From Felis catus (lineage: Eukaryota), in the NCBI RefSeq assembly GCF_018350175.1, contig NC_058368.1:54872001-54936000 (forward strand): 64,000 nucleotides of DNA. Direction: 5' to 3'. Both the position numbers and the translations under genes were made by a program. Below, piece after piece: positions 12,590 through 25,896 of this stretch; the first letter of the stretch is position 1, and the number at the start of each line of letters is the position of its first letter. Under the pieces are notes generated by a model. The model did no database searches and was not told the DNA's origin. It was given only the letters and a program-made list of their open reading frames with translations.

Positions 12590-12830
12590 AAAGACTGAGC
12601 CTAGGGAAACATCACCCTTTAAAGAATTAATGAAGAAGCTTGAGAGTGGCCAGGAAGTAGAAAACAAACAGCACCATGCTTTCCTGGAAGTAGAAAAGCT
12701 GAGCATTTCTAGGACGAGGCTGACCTACAGCATCAACCGCTGATGAGAAGTCAAGTAGAGCAATAAACCACAAATCGCGTTGGATTTGTTTATTTGGAAC
12801 ACAAGTCATTTATTAGAACCTTTTAAGTTA
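12590..12830 (-). mobile_element. L2 remnant
   Basis: gactgagcctagggaaac...gagtggccaggaagtagaaaac...gctgatgagaagtcaagtag...ttggatttg is a typical L2 segment. Confidence 0.7.
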
Positions 12831-12934
12831 CTCAGTGAGTGTCTGTGAAGAAATGTTAATGCTGGAAAACTTTTTAAAATTGGCATAGCATATAATCACT
12901 TTGTGATCTAAAATTGTAGGGATAAGAATTAGGA

Positions 12935-13135
12935 TAATGGAATGAGCCTGAACTTTCATGTCTGAAATAGATCTAGATTTAATTCCTTCCTATATCCACT
13001 ATATATTTTGGAGGAAACACTCAACCTCTCAAACCACAGTTTGCTTATCTATTAAAAAGGTAAAATACTAACAGTGCAGAGTTGAACTATTAAATAAAAT
13101 ATTCAGTGGAAAACAATGCCTGGACAGTATGAACT
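12935..13135 (+). mobile_element. MIR remnant
   Basis: agatctagatttaattcc...ctcaacctctcaaaccacagtttgcttatctattaaaaagg...caatgcctggacag. Confidence 0.7.
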
Positions 13136-13485
13136 CAATCTTCCTGTACTTAACTGAAAATAGAATACCTAAATGGCATATCTTCCTATCTGACTTTAGA
13201 AATAGGCAGAAAAAAATAATAAAGGATTCTTGATTTGTCATCTAGTGCTCTTTTTATACATAGCTTGTGATCTTTGTTGAACTTTTAGTAAAGTACTTTA
13301 AGTTTTACTTACTTTTCCAACATTTGGGGAAATAAAACAGTATTGATCTCAAAATTTTGTTGTAAGGTTTTAGTTAATGCAGTCTGCATGCTTAGGAGAG
13401 TTTGAAACAGTTAATACCATGCAATGAAACACTGCTGCTGATGACAATAATGATAATAAATAAAAATTATAATAATGTTATTATA

Positions 13486-13664
13486 GGGACGCCTGGTGGC
13501 TCAGTCGGTTAAACATCCAACTCTTGGTTTCAGCTCAGGTCATGATCTCATGGTTCATGGGTCCAAGCCTGAATAGGGCTCTGTGCTGGCAGTGCAGCCT
13601 GGTTGCTCCCTCTCTCTTCCCCTCCCCTGCTCTCTCTCTCAAAATAAATAAATAAACTTAAAAA
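13486..13664 (+). mobile_element. Can-SINE (older, shortened)
   Basis: gggacgcctggtggctcagtcggttaa head; aataaataaactt tail; TSD-like atgttatt. Confidence 0.92.
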
Positions 13665-15386
13665 GTTATGTTATTGTAATGTTGGCATGAGAATAAAGTA
13701 TATTTTTTTATTTAAAAAAGGTGTTTTTTTTTCCTTTTTCTGTGTCAAGCTAACCTCCTCATCAGTTTAGTGAATACTCTTAAATAAATGTTACAAAATG
13801 CAGTAAGAAATTCTGAGACTACCACAGGTTTTTCATTATAGTGAAATATCAGTATTTACATTACTAAAAAGTCTTGCCTTAATTTCCCCATTGACCTTTA
13901 GTTGGAGCTTTCAGTAAACACCCATAATTTTGTACTCTCAATTTAATCAATTCTGACATTAACAGCTAAATAGAGAAAGAATCAAATTATTTTAGGAACT
14001 GGATTTATAATATTGATCACATAATATATCCTCATACAAAGGAAGGAGTTTACAAGATGGAGACAGATTCTATTTCTAATCCGAGCCTGAAACAACAGTT
14101 TATATTTGACCTATTATTCTGACATTGAGATTATATTGAATGACTGTTAATCATGTATAATATAACAGATAAGAAGTGGTTTGGGTTTAGAATTTCCAGT
14201 CTAACTTTAGTAATGAAAACTAACAGAAAGAAATGCTTGAATTAAGTTGTATACTCAATATTTTTATTTTAAATTACTGTTTAATTTCCCTTTTTAACAC
14301 ATACACATATAGATGTACTTAACATTATCAGTTACCATTTCTTAACGTATGTCAAAGATGTTCTACTTCACAATACCAGTATTGTCATAAACATGGTGTA
14401 AATGGCGTCCCTGCAGTCATATAACAGAAATAGGCTTCAGTTTCCAATGGAGAAATTCCCTGCGCCTGAAGTGTTCCTTTCTCCTTTTAGATTTCCGCTT
14501 CTATAGCTTTACCAGACTCCAAGTGAACTACAAGAACAATATTTCAAATCATTACAGCTTCCTTTCAAATTGAAACGTTGCTCTTCTTCCCTTCTGATCA
14601 GATCACTACGACTTTATGTATCCACTTAAAGCAGAACACCAAGTTTGTGAAATATACTGCATACTCTCTCCATGTCTTCACCCTTGCAGAAGAGCTATAA
14701 TTTGCACAACAAGTTATACTATAAATCCTAACATCTAATCTCATTGAGTAGCTGAATGTATCAAATGAAAATTGATTGCAACTACTTTCCAAGGGAATTC
14801 AATCTCAATATTGAGAAGCATTTCTGGTAAGCCAGACAACTGCCTTTTTTTTTTTCTTTTTTAAGTCTCTCAAATTAATGGAACACAAAGAAGTTTTTCT
14901 TATGTAAGATTTTTATCCTTTTAATTTTTTTCTATTAAAGTATCATGCATTAACTGAAAAGCACATACCAATTATTGAAAATACAGAGCACTGGATTTAA
15001 GTACTCATTAATGTTCACTCTAAGGTATTTGATATTTAATGTTGGTATATTTTTTCTCAATGTTCTTACAAATATAAGTGATTCCTTTTCAATCCTAATA
15101 TCAGGATTTCTCATTTCTTGAATTAAATGGTTTCATTTTACTTTTAGCTTTTCAGGGTAAATAATGTGATGTTTAGGTAAATATTGCCTTACAAAATAAA
15201 TATGGAATGAGTAATGTCATCACGACAAAGAGTATATAATAGGTATAAGGATTTTGAAAATATTCTTAATTTCTTTGCAATGCATATTAAAGAAAAAACA
15301 TAAAATTCCTAAATCCAAAAGCAGTTTGGAATACTATAAAATATATTCCTTGAAAATGTTTTCAATCAGAAATTAGAAACAGTTTT

Positions 15387-15604
15387 GGGGATCTGGGTGG
15401 CTCAGTCGATTGGGTGCCTGACTACAGCTCAGGTCATAATCTCGCGGTGAGTTCAAGCCCCACGTTGGGCTCTGTCCTGAGAGCTCAGAGCCTGGAGCCT
15501 GCTTTCAATTCTGTGTCTCCCTCTCTCTCTACCCCTTCCCTGCTTGCTCTCTCTCTCTCTCTCTCTCTCTCAAAAATAATAAACAACTTAAAAAAATTTT
15601 TAAA
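15387..15604 (+). mobile_element. Can-SINE
   Basis: TSD attagaa(a/g)cagtttt. Confidence 0.95.
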
Positions 15605-15846
15605 GACATTAGAAGCAGTTTTGAACTAGACCTCCTGTATTAAGAAAATTAAAAATTTGATTCTCTGCTTATATCTTATTTATTTATTTATTTTATAAGG
15701 TAAATCCCCAAGAAGTATGAATTCTATCTTCTTAGAACTAATTATCTCTTTTTTACTAAAATCTTCACAAAAAGTAAGAGTAACATTTACAAAGTGCTCA
15801 GTATGTGACAAAAACTGTTCTACGAAGAGTAAGCAAAAAGTCTTCT

Positions 15847-16059
15847 TAAAAATTTTTCTTAATGTTCATTTAATTTTGAGAGAGAGACAGAGCGCAAGCA
15901 GGGGAGGGTCAGAGAGAGAGGGAAACACAGAATCGGAAGCAGGTTCCAGGCTCTGAGCTGTCAGCACAGAGCCCAACGCGGGGCTTGAACTCATGAACCA
16001 TGAGACCATAACCTGAGCTGAAGTTGGACACTTAACTGACTGAGCCACCCAGGCACCCC
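15847..16059 (-). mobile_element. Can-SINE
   Basis: Ends gagccacccaggcacccc; (GA)n body. Confidence 0.95.
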
Positions 16060-16900
16060 AGAAAATCTTTCAAAAGAAAACATAGAATATCTTCACAACT
16101 GAGGACAGGCCTAAAAGACAGACAATATCAAAGTTAGTGAGTATACGCAGTTAGAGTTCTCAATTATTGGTGGTGGGAGTTAAATCTGGTGTAAACCACT
16201 GTGAACACTTTTGCTGCATCTGCTGGAGCCAAATACATGATTAGCCATTAGCCCACTAATGACCTTTCAAGTATATTGTTATCAGATGGGCAAATATAAT
16301 ATTCCCTTAAAATGCACAAGTGGGGGGCACCTGGGTGACTCAGTCAGTTGAGCGTCCGATTTCAGCTCAGGTCATGAACCCATGGTTCATGAGTTTGAGC
16401 CCCATGCTGGGCTCTGTGCTGACAGCTCAGAGCCTGGAGCCTGCTTGGGATTCTGCATCTCCCTCTCTAACCCTTCCCCACTCGCACTCTGTCTCTCTCT
16501 CAAAATAAATAAACATTAAATTTTTTATTTTAATGCACAAGTTTGTGTATATACCAATATTACTCATAATAGTCAAAAACTAAAAATTAATGTTTTCAGT
16601 AGAAAAGGTTGTATTTAAACATAGAAATACTAGTCAGCAATGAGAAAGAACAAACTATCATTACAAGCAAAATTGTGGAAGATCTCCCAAGTATAATAAG
16701 TAAAAGAAGTTGGGTATAAAGGAGCATATATTGAAGAAAAAAAAAGAGCATAAACTGTATTATACAGCTTAAATACAAAACAAAATAACACATATGATAT
16801 TAGAAGTCACAACAGAAGTTATCTTTGGGCAAAGTGACTGGAAAAAGATATATGAGCAAATTCTGAGATACTGTTAATTCTCTCAACTTTTCCACTTCTA
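16060..16900 (+). mobile_element. Decayed old L1 (L1M-type) 3' region, interrupted by a SINE
   Basis: ggtggtgggagttaaatctggtgtaaaccactgtgaa and cataatagtcaaaaactaaaa resemble L1 ORF2 end and 3' UTR motifs. Confidence 0.55.
16322..16531 (+). mobile_element. Can-SINE
   Basis: TSD aatgcacaagt. Confidence 0.95.
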
Positions 16901-17515
16901 CTTTTTAATTACAGTATGCTTAAATTAATATATAATATTATTCATGCCTTAAATCAGAGGTGACGAAAGCTGTTTTAGCAATTTCACAAAGATATTACTT
17001 GGTAAAATTTAGTAAACAATTTTAATCACAAAAATGACACTTCATAGAATATAAAATGATATAAAATCATATTTTTCCTTAATAACACTATTTGTTTTTA
17101 AGGTGTTCAGATTTTTAGAGAAATCACTTTAGACTTGGAAACTAGAATACCATCTTAATTTACACTTCCAATTTTTATACACCAATTTTAATCATTATTT
17201 TTGAGAAAAAAGAGTGTTAGTAAGAAAACATAAGATCCTTAATTTTATCTATTTCTTATTACAGCTGCATAAATAAAGTGTTTTTCTGTTTTAGATTGAA
17301 GATCACTTTTTTCTATAAACTGTCAGATTTAATGCAATTCCATATTTAAATGAATATTCTGTCTAGGGACAATGATATTTGCTTTGCGTTTTTGCTCTAA
17401 CTCATAAATTAAAAGGCCATCTTTAATATATTGGCAGTTTCTCATGCCGGTGACAGAGATACGGCCATGAAATTCTTTCTTGACAGATACCATTTGATAT
17501 GAACAGAGATTATTC

Positions 17516-17735
17516 TTTTTTTTTATTTTTTTTAACGTTTATTTATTTTTGAGACAGAGAGAGACAAGCATGAATGGGGGAGGGCCAAAGAGACAGGGAG
17601 ACACAGAATCGGAAGCAGGCTCCAGGCTCCGAGCCATCAGCCCAGAGCCCGACGCGGGGCTCGAACTCAGGAGCCATGAGATCGTGACCTGAGCTGAAGT
17701 CGGCCGCTCAACCGACTGAGCCACCCAGGCGCCCC
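17516..17735 (-). mobile_element. Can-SINE (young SINEC_Fc-like)
   Basis: CpG-rich body cccgacgcggggctcgaactc; ends ccacccaggcgcccc. Confidence 0.96.
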
Positions 17736-20493
17736 TAGAGTATTCTAATAAGACTGTGTGAAGTTTCTTTAGTGACATTCTTTGGTACTTGAAATATGTT
17801 CATTTTTAAAAAATTAGTTTGCCAGTAGAACTGGTTCTCTGCATAGGATTAAATACTAAAATACATTCTATGACACTTTCTGAAGCTCAGTTTATTAACG
17901 CATTTCCAGAATTGCTATAGGTTGACCTACAGCAGGTACGCTGTACTTCACTAGAAAAAAAATATTAAAAAAATAAGAATATACCTAAAATAATCATTTT
18001 ATGTTATTTTTATAACAGCTAAAAACTATCACTTCAGAAGTTTTTTTGAAGGTTGCTATAAATATATAGCAAAAAACACTGTTGAATTTATGTAGGAAAG
18101 GAAACTACAGACAATTTGGTGACAAACCTTTAAAAGCTCTCCTCAGAGCAATAAAAATGAACATCTTGTGCTGTGTGGATAGAAAACTTAGTGTCCCAAG
18201 TACTGGTGAATTTTTCCCAGAAAGAGAGAAATGGGCTTTCTGAAAAGAATCCCACAAAGTAGCAGTGTTATTATGTGAGAGAAACATTGCATCTCTGTTG
18301 GGAGAACTCAAGGTAGACTACAAATTGAGGAATGGAAAACTAAATTCAACCAGCACAAAATGAATAAGAAATTCTTTATTAATAAGAAGTCACAGTCCAA
18401 AGAGTTTAAAATATGAATCAATGTTGGAGGACAGAAACATATATGTATGAGTCTATAACTCCACATTTACACCACACATATTTAGTTCTACAGATTAATG
18501 TAAATAGCTTAAATAACTGACCTGTAGTAAGCTCAATGCTAGTTTGATGGGTTTATTGGTAAAATATGCACTTTTATATATTTTAAGTGGAATGCAAAAG
18601 GGAAATATGGGCTTATTCATATAGCAAACAAATATTTATTGTTCCCCTGGCAGAGTCAGGCACTGCACTAGTTGATACAGATTTATTAAGATCTACTCCT
18701 ATAAAAGACTTTTTGCCTAGGTTGCTTCATGTTTTAATGGATGCACCAGAGATTAACCCTTCCCCCAGCAACACCGTATTTCAATTAAGAGTCTTTAACT
18801 CAGGGTATTGTGGTATTCCATGTCTTCTTAACACAGTACTTTCTCTTTGGTCAAGTTTTCACTGTCCATATTGAATTCTGGGAATTGATATCTTCAAACC
18901 TATCTATTCAATACTCACATGTAGAAACTCCAATCTTATTTTCAATATTTTTAATTATTCTACCAACAGAACTCCTCATGAAATTACTATTATTAGCCAT
19001 TGCTGCATTAGTTTTAAACCAATATATTCATTAAATCTATATGAAAAATAAAGTTATTGTTTATTATTAACTGCATGACAATTTACACCACACATGCAAG
19101 TCCACAAAATCAAGTCCAATTCATTTTGGAGATCCCAGAATAACTTATCAGTATGGATTTTCAGTGTGCTTATTCTGGAAATTATATAAATTAACCACAA
19201 TGCGAATTCCACTCACACCTTAGTGTCTTAAGATAAACTGGAAGATGAAAGGAACCTTAAAATAAACTAGTAGAATTCTATACACAATACAAAACGATTA
19301 TGTCTCTCTGACTGATGTCCATATAAATTGTACACTGAATACCTGTAGTTCTGTATGAATCTTTAGAAATTCCAATATGTCTGGAGACACACATCTGGTT
19401 TTCAATAACCTTTGTACATGAATCATAGCATTATTTTCCCTTGTGTAGCATAACCTTTTTAAATGCTAGCCTTGCAATATTAAAACAAAAAAACAGTACT
19501 GTTTGACAACAATTGAACTTGAAATCCAATAAGAAAAGTATTTCTTTTCACATATAAGCTAGTTTTTTTCTGTATTTATGCAATTAAATCATGTATAAAT
19601 TAAATGAACAGATTTATAATATCTCTGTTGATTTTCATCCTTTTGACTTAGATATTACTTACTGGAAATTCTTTTGAGCTTTACTTATAATAGACACAAC
19701 TTCACTGATAAAACCAGATTATAATAAATGCGTTAACATCCATATTTATCTTTAAAAATCTATAAGCTAAATGTATAATTCAAGTTATGTGATTTTGTTT
19801 ACATCATAATAACCACTGATGCAGAAGATGTCTGCTGCTTAATAATTGGTGTCTAGGTGAAAATAGTTACTTTGCAGTGAAAATAATTTTTATTCACTGG
19901 CAAAATTCCTTAAAAATCAAGTACTTTAACAGTTGTATGCAATTTAGACAAATATAAATGTTCTTGGGAGTATAGCTAATGTTTAAAAAGCAGGAAACTA
20001 TAAACATATTTGACTTTTTAATTTAAATTTGTATTTAAATGACACATGTGATTTATTTAGAAAGAGCCAAATGGAACACTGGAATGAAACAGCAGCTAGC
20101 TGAATGTAAGCAGGAAACAGAAGTGGATAAAATATCCTGTGATTATTTTGCATATTTCAGTAAATAGAAGCTGAACTATAAGGATCTCACTTGGACTGAT
20201 GAAGACTATGCCTGTGGCAAGGAACAAAAAACCATGGTCCAGGAAAGAAGAAAAATGTGTTGGCTTCTGGATCTGAGGAAATAGGAATAGACATAAAATC
20301 AGGAACACCTGAATATCAGAGAATAAAACTGATCACAAGGATCTGGATTTTCTTCACCACCTTCTATGGCATTGGTTATATTCTAATCAGTAAGAATAAT
20401 TCAACAAAATAATGGGCGTGAATTGGAACTGTCGAGGTCAAATGAACTGTATGGCCACCTGATGTATACCTACATTGCAATTTTCTCTTGCAG

Positions 20494-21846
20494 TTGATGC
20501 AGTTACTAGTGATCTTCATGCTTCTTAGTCAGAGGTATTGTATGTTGCACCCTTGGAGACTAGTAGCCCAATATTTAATCCAAAGAGGAAATCTACATGC
20601 AAGAGGAAACCTATATAAGGCAGATAGACTTAAAAGGGGAAAGGGAAGGATCTCCAGATGAAAATTAGGAATTGGTGCCAAAAGAAGGGTGCATAAAAGA
20701 GTAGCAGTCATTTGAAGAGGGTACAACTTACTGCACAGATCAATGGTTTAGAGGCAGGATTAAAACACAACAGTTAAAAAAAAAACACCATGTAAAGTGG
20801 TGGAGATTGCTGGAAGTAACAACAGACGTTGATTTGGAAAACAGGAAACTAGAAAATACAGACACAGGAACATGGACTCATCACTGGTGCCTTCTGTGTC
20901 ACTGACTTCTACTCTCATTGGGATAACATTTGTCATTATCATCCAAAGTGACATCGGAGATGTACATTGAGTAGAATGTCAATTCCGGAAACAGTAGATC
21001 TTTACTAAGCTCACTTTGTGTCTTCAGGGATTGTTTTTTGTGCTCGAGCATTATCTTAATGCTTTCACAGGCTTTGTGTCTCAATGATAACAAAACTCCC
21101 TTAACTTCTTACTAGGTTTTTAATAAATTTCCTCTCCGTAAACTCTAGAGGCACATAAACAAAGATGTCCCAAATCATCATCTTTGGGAAGATTTGTTCA
21201 TTTTTATTTGGTAGCCATAAACTTTAGTGATCTACCCTACCACTTAATTATCAATTTGATGTTCTCTCTCTTGGCTTCTAACCTTTGGCCAATCTACAAC
21301 ATAATATTAAGTTAAGTAGTCTAATCTACATCAATCTACTCAGAAGGAATTTTGGACCCCTCACGCACCTCACATGGTGTTAATCTCTGTCCTGCTATAT
21401 CTCTTATTTACCTTCTTCCTTCCATAGCATCTCCCTTATCAACAGGGGAAAAGAAGTCAGCTCAGTCACCACTGCAAGCCTCCAGGTTGCTGGAATTGCC
21501 TCCTGGGCAGCCATTTTGTTCCAAGGCTTCCTACTCCACTTTCCAGGGATGGGGATTTGCACTTAGAGAGCTATAGCAGCATTTATTTGGGAGTGTATCC
21601 TTAAGCTCCTTGTCCAAAGTACCAGTCTCTCTGCATGTTCATATGTGGGACACTTACTAAGGACCAAGCACACTGACTCGGTGGTCCTGCATTATTTAAA
21701 CAACTGGGTAACTCTGGCAGGAGGGTGCAGGGGTGGATCTTTGTCCCATGCCCTCTTTGGATTAAATATTGGGCTACTAGTCTCCAAGGGTGCAACATAC
21801 AATACCTCTGACTAAGAAGCATGAAGATCACTAGTAACTGCATCAA
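20494..21846. repeat. Perfect 95-bp inverted repeat; arms 20494-20588 and 21752-21846
   Basis: ttgatgcagttactagtgatc...aatccaaagagg is the exact reverse complement of cctctttggatt...actgcatcaa; 1163-bp spacer. Confidence 0.97.
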
Positions 21847-22330
21847 AGGATGTGATGGCAAACAAGACAGCCACGCCACTATAGCACCTGAGCAACATGG
21901 GCAAGGAGACCAGAAGGCAATAACTTTCACTGGGAGGAGCCCCACCAACACCTTCCTCTACAAGGGCTGCCTAAAACACACAGACCAACTAGAGTTCTGC
22001 CCAAAATAATAATAAACACTGCCAAACAAGTGACAGCTCCTGAAACAGGCCTGCTGCAAACAAAATGTGAAAGTACACAGGAAAGCCCCTCCCAAATAAG
22101 TGACATAGTGGCCTATCACTCCCATGCACTGAGATGTGCCCCCAGTCTCGGCTAAAATCTATCCCCCGAAGTACAGCCAATTAGTACGGTTTGTTTTGAA
22201 TGTATCCACACCTAGGAAAACGCAGTAAAGAGAACCTGGTGACCACTGGCAGAAACAGAAACAAAAAAGTCCCAAGTCACTTTTGCAGTAGTTAGCAGGA
22301 ACCAATTAATAAGCAAAGAGCAGTTTCCTC
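21430..22330. mobile_element. GC-richer interspersed-repeat-like segment (possible old L1 5' UTR or LTR), family not identified
   Basis: Compositional shift from AT-rich flanks; no splice or coding signal; family assignment is a guess. Confidence 0.35.
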
Positions 22331-22389
22331 ACAAAGCTATGCAAGAGTCAACCATATTACTCACATTGTTAATTATTTCATAAGATTAA

Positions 22390-22825
22390 AAATTCTGCTG
22401 GTGGTGAAACACAACATTCTGACACTTAGATAGATGAAAGGCAGAACTCTGTTATTTTCAGCTCTGAATGTGAGAAGGCATCCAGACAGGGCCACATAGA
22501 GGACTGCAACCTGGACAGAGTACGAACAAGCTGGAGTTGCAGGGGGCAGCATATTTATGGACAGTAGGGTGGAGTTAGCTAGGTTTGCTGGGCTCCCTGA
22601 GGGTTGGCTGATTTGAATGATTTCAGGCTCCAAGGCACATGGGCTATCTCTACTGTCTGGTACCTGACCTTAAGAAACCCAGAGCCTGAAAGTGGTAGGG
22701 GGTGCAGTCTTAATTAGCTGCTCAAGACAGAGAACATAATAGCTTCTAAGCAGGGCCTCAAACCTGGGTCAAGATAGCATTAAAAAACAACAACAACAAC
22801 AAAACCCCACAACCTTCTACTACAG
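22390..22825 (-). mobile_element. Probable old ERV LTR
   Basis: agggtggagttagctaggtttgctgggctccctg...ttggctgatttgaatgatttcagg resembles eutherian LTR antisense sequence. Confidence 0.45.
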
Positions 22826-23266
22826 GTTAAGCTTTGTTATAATTCCTGAATAGATGTTAAAGAGAAGTTACTGATAAACATCCTAGATTTAGCATAAACT
22901 AAAAATATATTAGTGGGCATCAATTATGGGATTGTGAGTTACCAATGACATTGCCTTGATGCACATTCTATGTTAAGGAAAGGAGAAGCACAGGAAGCAA
23001 TGTTTTTATAAAGTTTGAACAAAAAGGCTTTTGGAAGACTAGTTGACTTTGTAGATTGTATTCCTTTTGTCACGGTTAAAAATGTTCCCTTTTCAGCATG
23101 ACTAATTTGATTTCTTTACTAAAAAAGAGACGTCTTTCCTCCGTTTTTGTCTTCATTGTACTGTATCTTCTTTAGCAATCAAGGTTTTTCACTGTTTTGT
23201 CTCTATCCTTAGTGTTTACAATAGTCTCTAACATGTTTGTTGAATAAAGGAGTGAATGAAACTCTC

Positions 23267-23464
23267 TTTTTTTTTAATTCTTAATGTTTGAAAGAGAGAG
23301 AGAGTGCGCAAGTGGGAGAGGAGCAGAGAGAAAGAGGGAAAGAGAATTCTAAGCAGGATTCGCACTGTCAGTGCAGAGCCTAACGTGGGGCTCAAACTCT
23401 CAAACTCTGAGATCATGACCTAAGCCAAAATCAAGTCAGAATCTCAACTCAACCCAGGTGCCCC
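23267..23464 (-). mobile_element. Can-SINE (older subfamily)
   Basis: gagaattctaagcagg...gagatcatgacc...cccaggtgcccc. Confidence 0.92.
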
Positions 23465-24809
23465 TATTTGTCTTTTTTTTTTAACTGACTATATGGCATT
23501 TTACTTTTAGAACACTTCAGCATATATGTATAATATATATGTATATGTCAATTATCTTTAATTTACCCACTAGGAGAGAGTCGATAACATTTGAAATACT
23601 CTAATCAGAAATCAATACTCCACAGGAAATTACATTTCCCAATTTCTGTGACCGAAATTTACCACAGAGCATTTTGAATAGTATAAACATGCTTTAAATA
23701 TATAATAATATGTTTGTATATATAATTTCTACACCCCTCCACCCCCAAATATATACACACACTGGCACAACGAGTATTACTCAAGATACGTAGGAGGTTA
23801 GAACGACTGTGTAGCAACTAGGTCAGGCTAATATAATTTCAGTATAGCTTTGATATCTCCTGTTCTGCCGATCTTCTGTTTTAAGGGGGAAATCTATTGC
23901 CTGTCTACCAGCCAAGAAATATGGCTGGTCCTGCTGACAAAGTATCTTTGCATCTGCCTCCCAGTTAAACTCTCCTGCAGCTTGCTAGCTCCATGCCTAA
24001 GGGCAGAGTGAGACTTAACCCTGAGCTGTAGAAAGAATCTGTTTAGCTGTTTTTTAGTGTCTGGTTGCTAATAAATATTTGTGCCCACAGCATAATTCTG
24101 TCTAAGGTTTGCCTTCATTGTGGGAAGTGATGTGAAAGATGTATAGCTCCCAGGGGTTTGCCCAATATTAATAAAAAAGAAAAAAAAACACTTTAATTGT
24201 TGAAAAAGTACATTGCCTAAGAACACTGAAAATTCTTGCAGTAACTGTCATGGTCATGTTTCTCTGAATTACAATAAATCTAAATCTGAGAACATATCTT
24301 TATTCTGAAATTTGATGAGTTAGTTAGAAGCATGTAAATATGTCCCTACGTAAATTGTTTTGTTTTGTAAAAGATGAGGAGGGTTGGGTGGGGGAGAACC
24401 TAAGGACTTCTTTTGAAAAGATCCAAGATACTCTTTGGCAGCAAAGTTAAAACAACATTAGAGAACTAAAAGCTGGTCTAACAAGGGGGAGAGGCAGGAA
24501 TGCTGATTTGCTGACATTTTGTTAGTTTGCATAAAGTGTAAGAAATTATAATTGAAAGCATGACCATATGAAATATGGTTAATCCCATACTCTTTTCAAA
24601 TACGTACTGCAATTTTAAAAACAAAAAAATGATTATTTTACACAGTCTATGTAATAAGATGCTCAAAGGGTGATGGTTCTTTAAGTCTGAGTGCTGATCC
24701 ACAGGCCAAGGATCTGCCAATGTCAATTCTACTAGATGGAGCTAGTACCTGAGAAAACTGAAAAACTCTAAAAAGCAAAAATTCAAAATGGAAAACAAAA
24801 CATAAAAGT

Positions 24810-24992
24810 GGGGGCGCTTGGGTGCCTCAGTCAGTTGAGTGTCTAACTCTTGACTTTGGCTCAGGTCATGATCCCTGGGTTGGGGGATCAAGCCCTGCAT
24901 TAGACTCCACACTAAAGTATGGAGCCTGTTTGGGATTTTATCTCTTTCTCCCTCTGCCCTTTTCTCTAATTCGCACAGTCTTTCTAAGAAAT

Positions 24993-25052
<60 letters not shown>

Positions 25053-25066
25053 CAGACAGACAGACA
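24810..25066 (+). mobile_element. Can-SINE with tail expanded into (GAAA)n(GACA)n
   Basis: ggggcgcttgggtgcctcag head; tetranucleotide tail at about 24992-25066. Confidence 0.93.
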
Positions 25067-25113
25067 AAGGGTTTCCCAGGCTAGAATTAAAGACTAAAAG
25101 AAATAACCTGGGT

Positions 25114-25338
25114 GGGGTGCCTGGGTGACTCAGTCAGTTAAGTGTCCGACTTCGGCTCAGGTCATGATCTTGCGGTCCAGGGGTTGGAGCCCCACATCGG
25201 GCTCTGTGCTGACAGCTCAGAAGAGCCTGGAGGCTGCTTCGGATTCTGTGTCTCCCTCTCTCTCTGCCCCTCCCCTACTCATGTTCTGTCTCTCTCACTC
25301 TCAAAAATGAATAAATGTTAAAAAAAAAAATAAAAAAC
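25114..25338 (+). mobile_element. Can-SINE
   Basis: TSD aagaaataacctggg at 25098-25112 and 25339-25353. Confidence 0.96.
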
Positions 25339-25485
25339 AAGAAATAACCTGGGCCAAAAAAAAAAAAAAAAAAAAGGAAACAGGATGTGCCTCCTATTCT
25401 TAGAATATTTACTAAGGGAGTACAATTATTCATGTTAAAAAAAATAAAACATTAAATAGTTGTTTTCTAAAATTGAAATAGACTA

Positions 25486-25686
25486 GGGATGCCTGGGTGC
25501 CTCAGTCGGTTAAGTGTCTGACTTTGGCTCAGGTCATCATGTCACTGATGGGTTTGAGCCCTGTGTCAGGCTCTGTGTTGACAGCTCAGAGCTTGGAGCC
25601 TGCTTCAGATTCTCTGTCTCCCTCTCTTTTTTATTCTTCCCACTTGCGCTCTTTCTCTCTCTGTCTCTCAAAAATGAATAAACATT
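25486..25686 (+). mobile_element. Can-SINE (host; tail resumes at 25898-25923)
   Basis: Outer TSD aaaattgaaatagacta (25469-25485) / aaaattgaataagacta (25924-25940). Confidence 0.93.
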
Positions 25687-25896
25687 AAAAAAAATTTTAA
25701 CATTTATTTATTATTGAGAGACAGAGAGACACAGAGTGTGAGCAGGAGAGGGGTAGAGATAGAGGGAGACACAGAATCCAAAGCAAGCTCCAGGCTCCAA
25801 GCTGTCAGCACAGAGCCCGACACGGGGCTCGAGCTCACAAACTGCGAGATCGTGACCCGAGCCAAAGTCAAGCGACTGAGCCACCCAGGCACCCCT
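25687..25896 (-). mobile_element. Can-SINE inserted antisense into the tail of the previous SINE
   Basis: 17-bp TSD aaaaatgaataaacatt at 25670-25686 and 25898-25914. Confidence 0.95.

Noticed and set aside
20899..21093. ORF in the spacer of the perfect inverted repeat (…ISDVTLDDNDK…), considered as cargo or transposase
   Set aside because: Only 64 aa with a non-ATG start, no catalytic motif and no TSD around the repeat; the motif resemblance is superficial.
21601..21951. 116-aa ORF crossing the right inverted-repeat arm
   Set aside because: No homology recognised; likely chance in a GC-richer repeat-derived segment.
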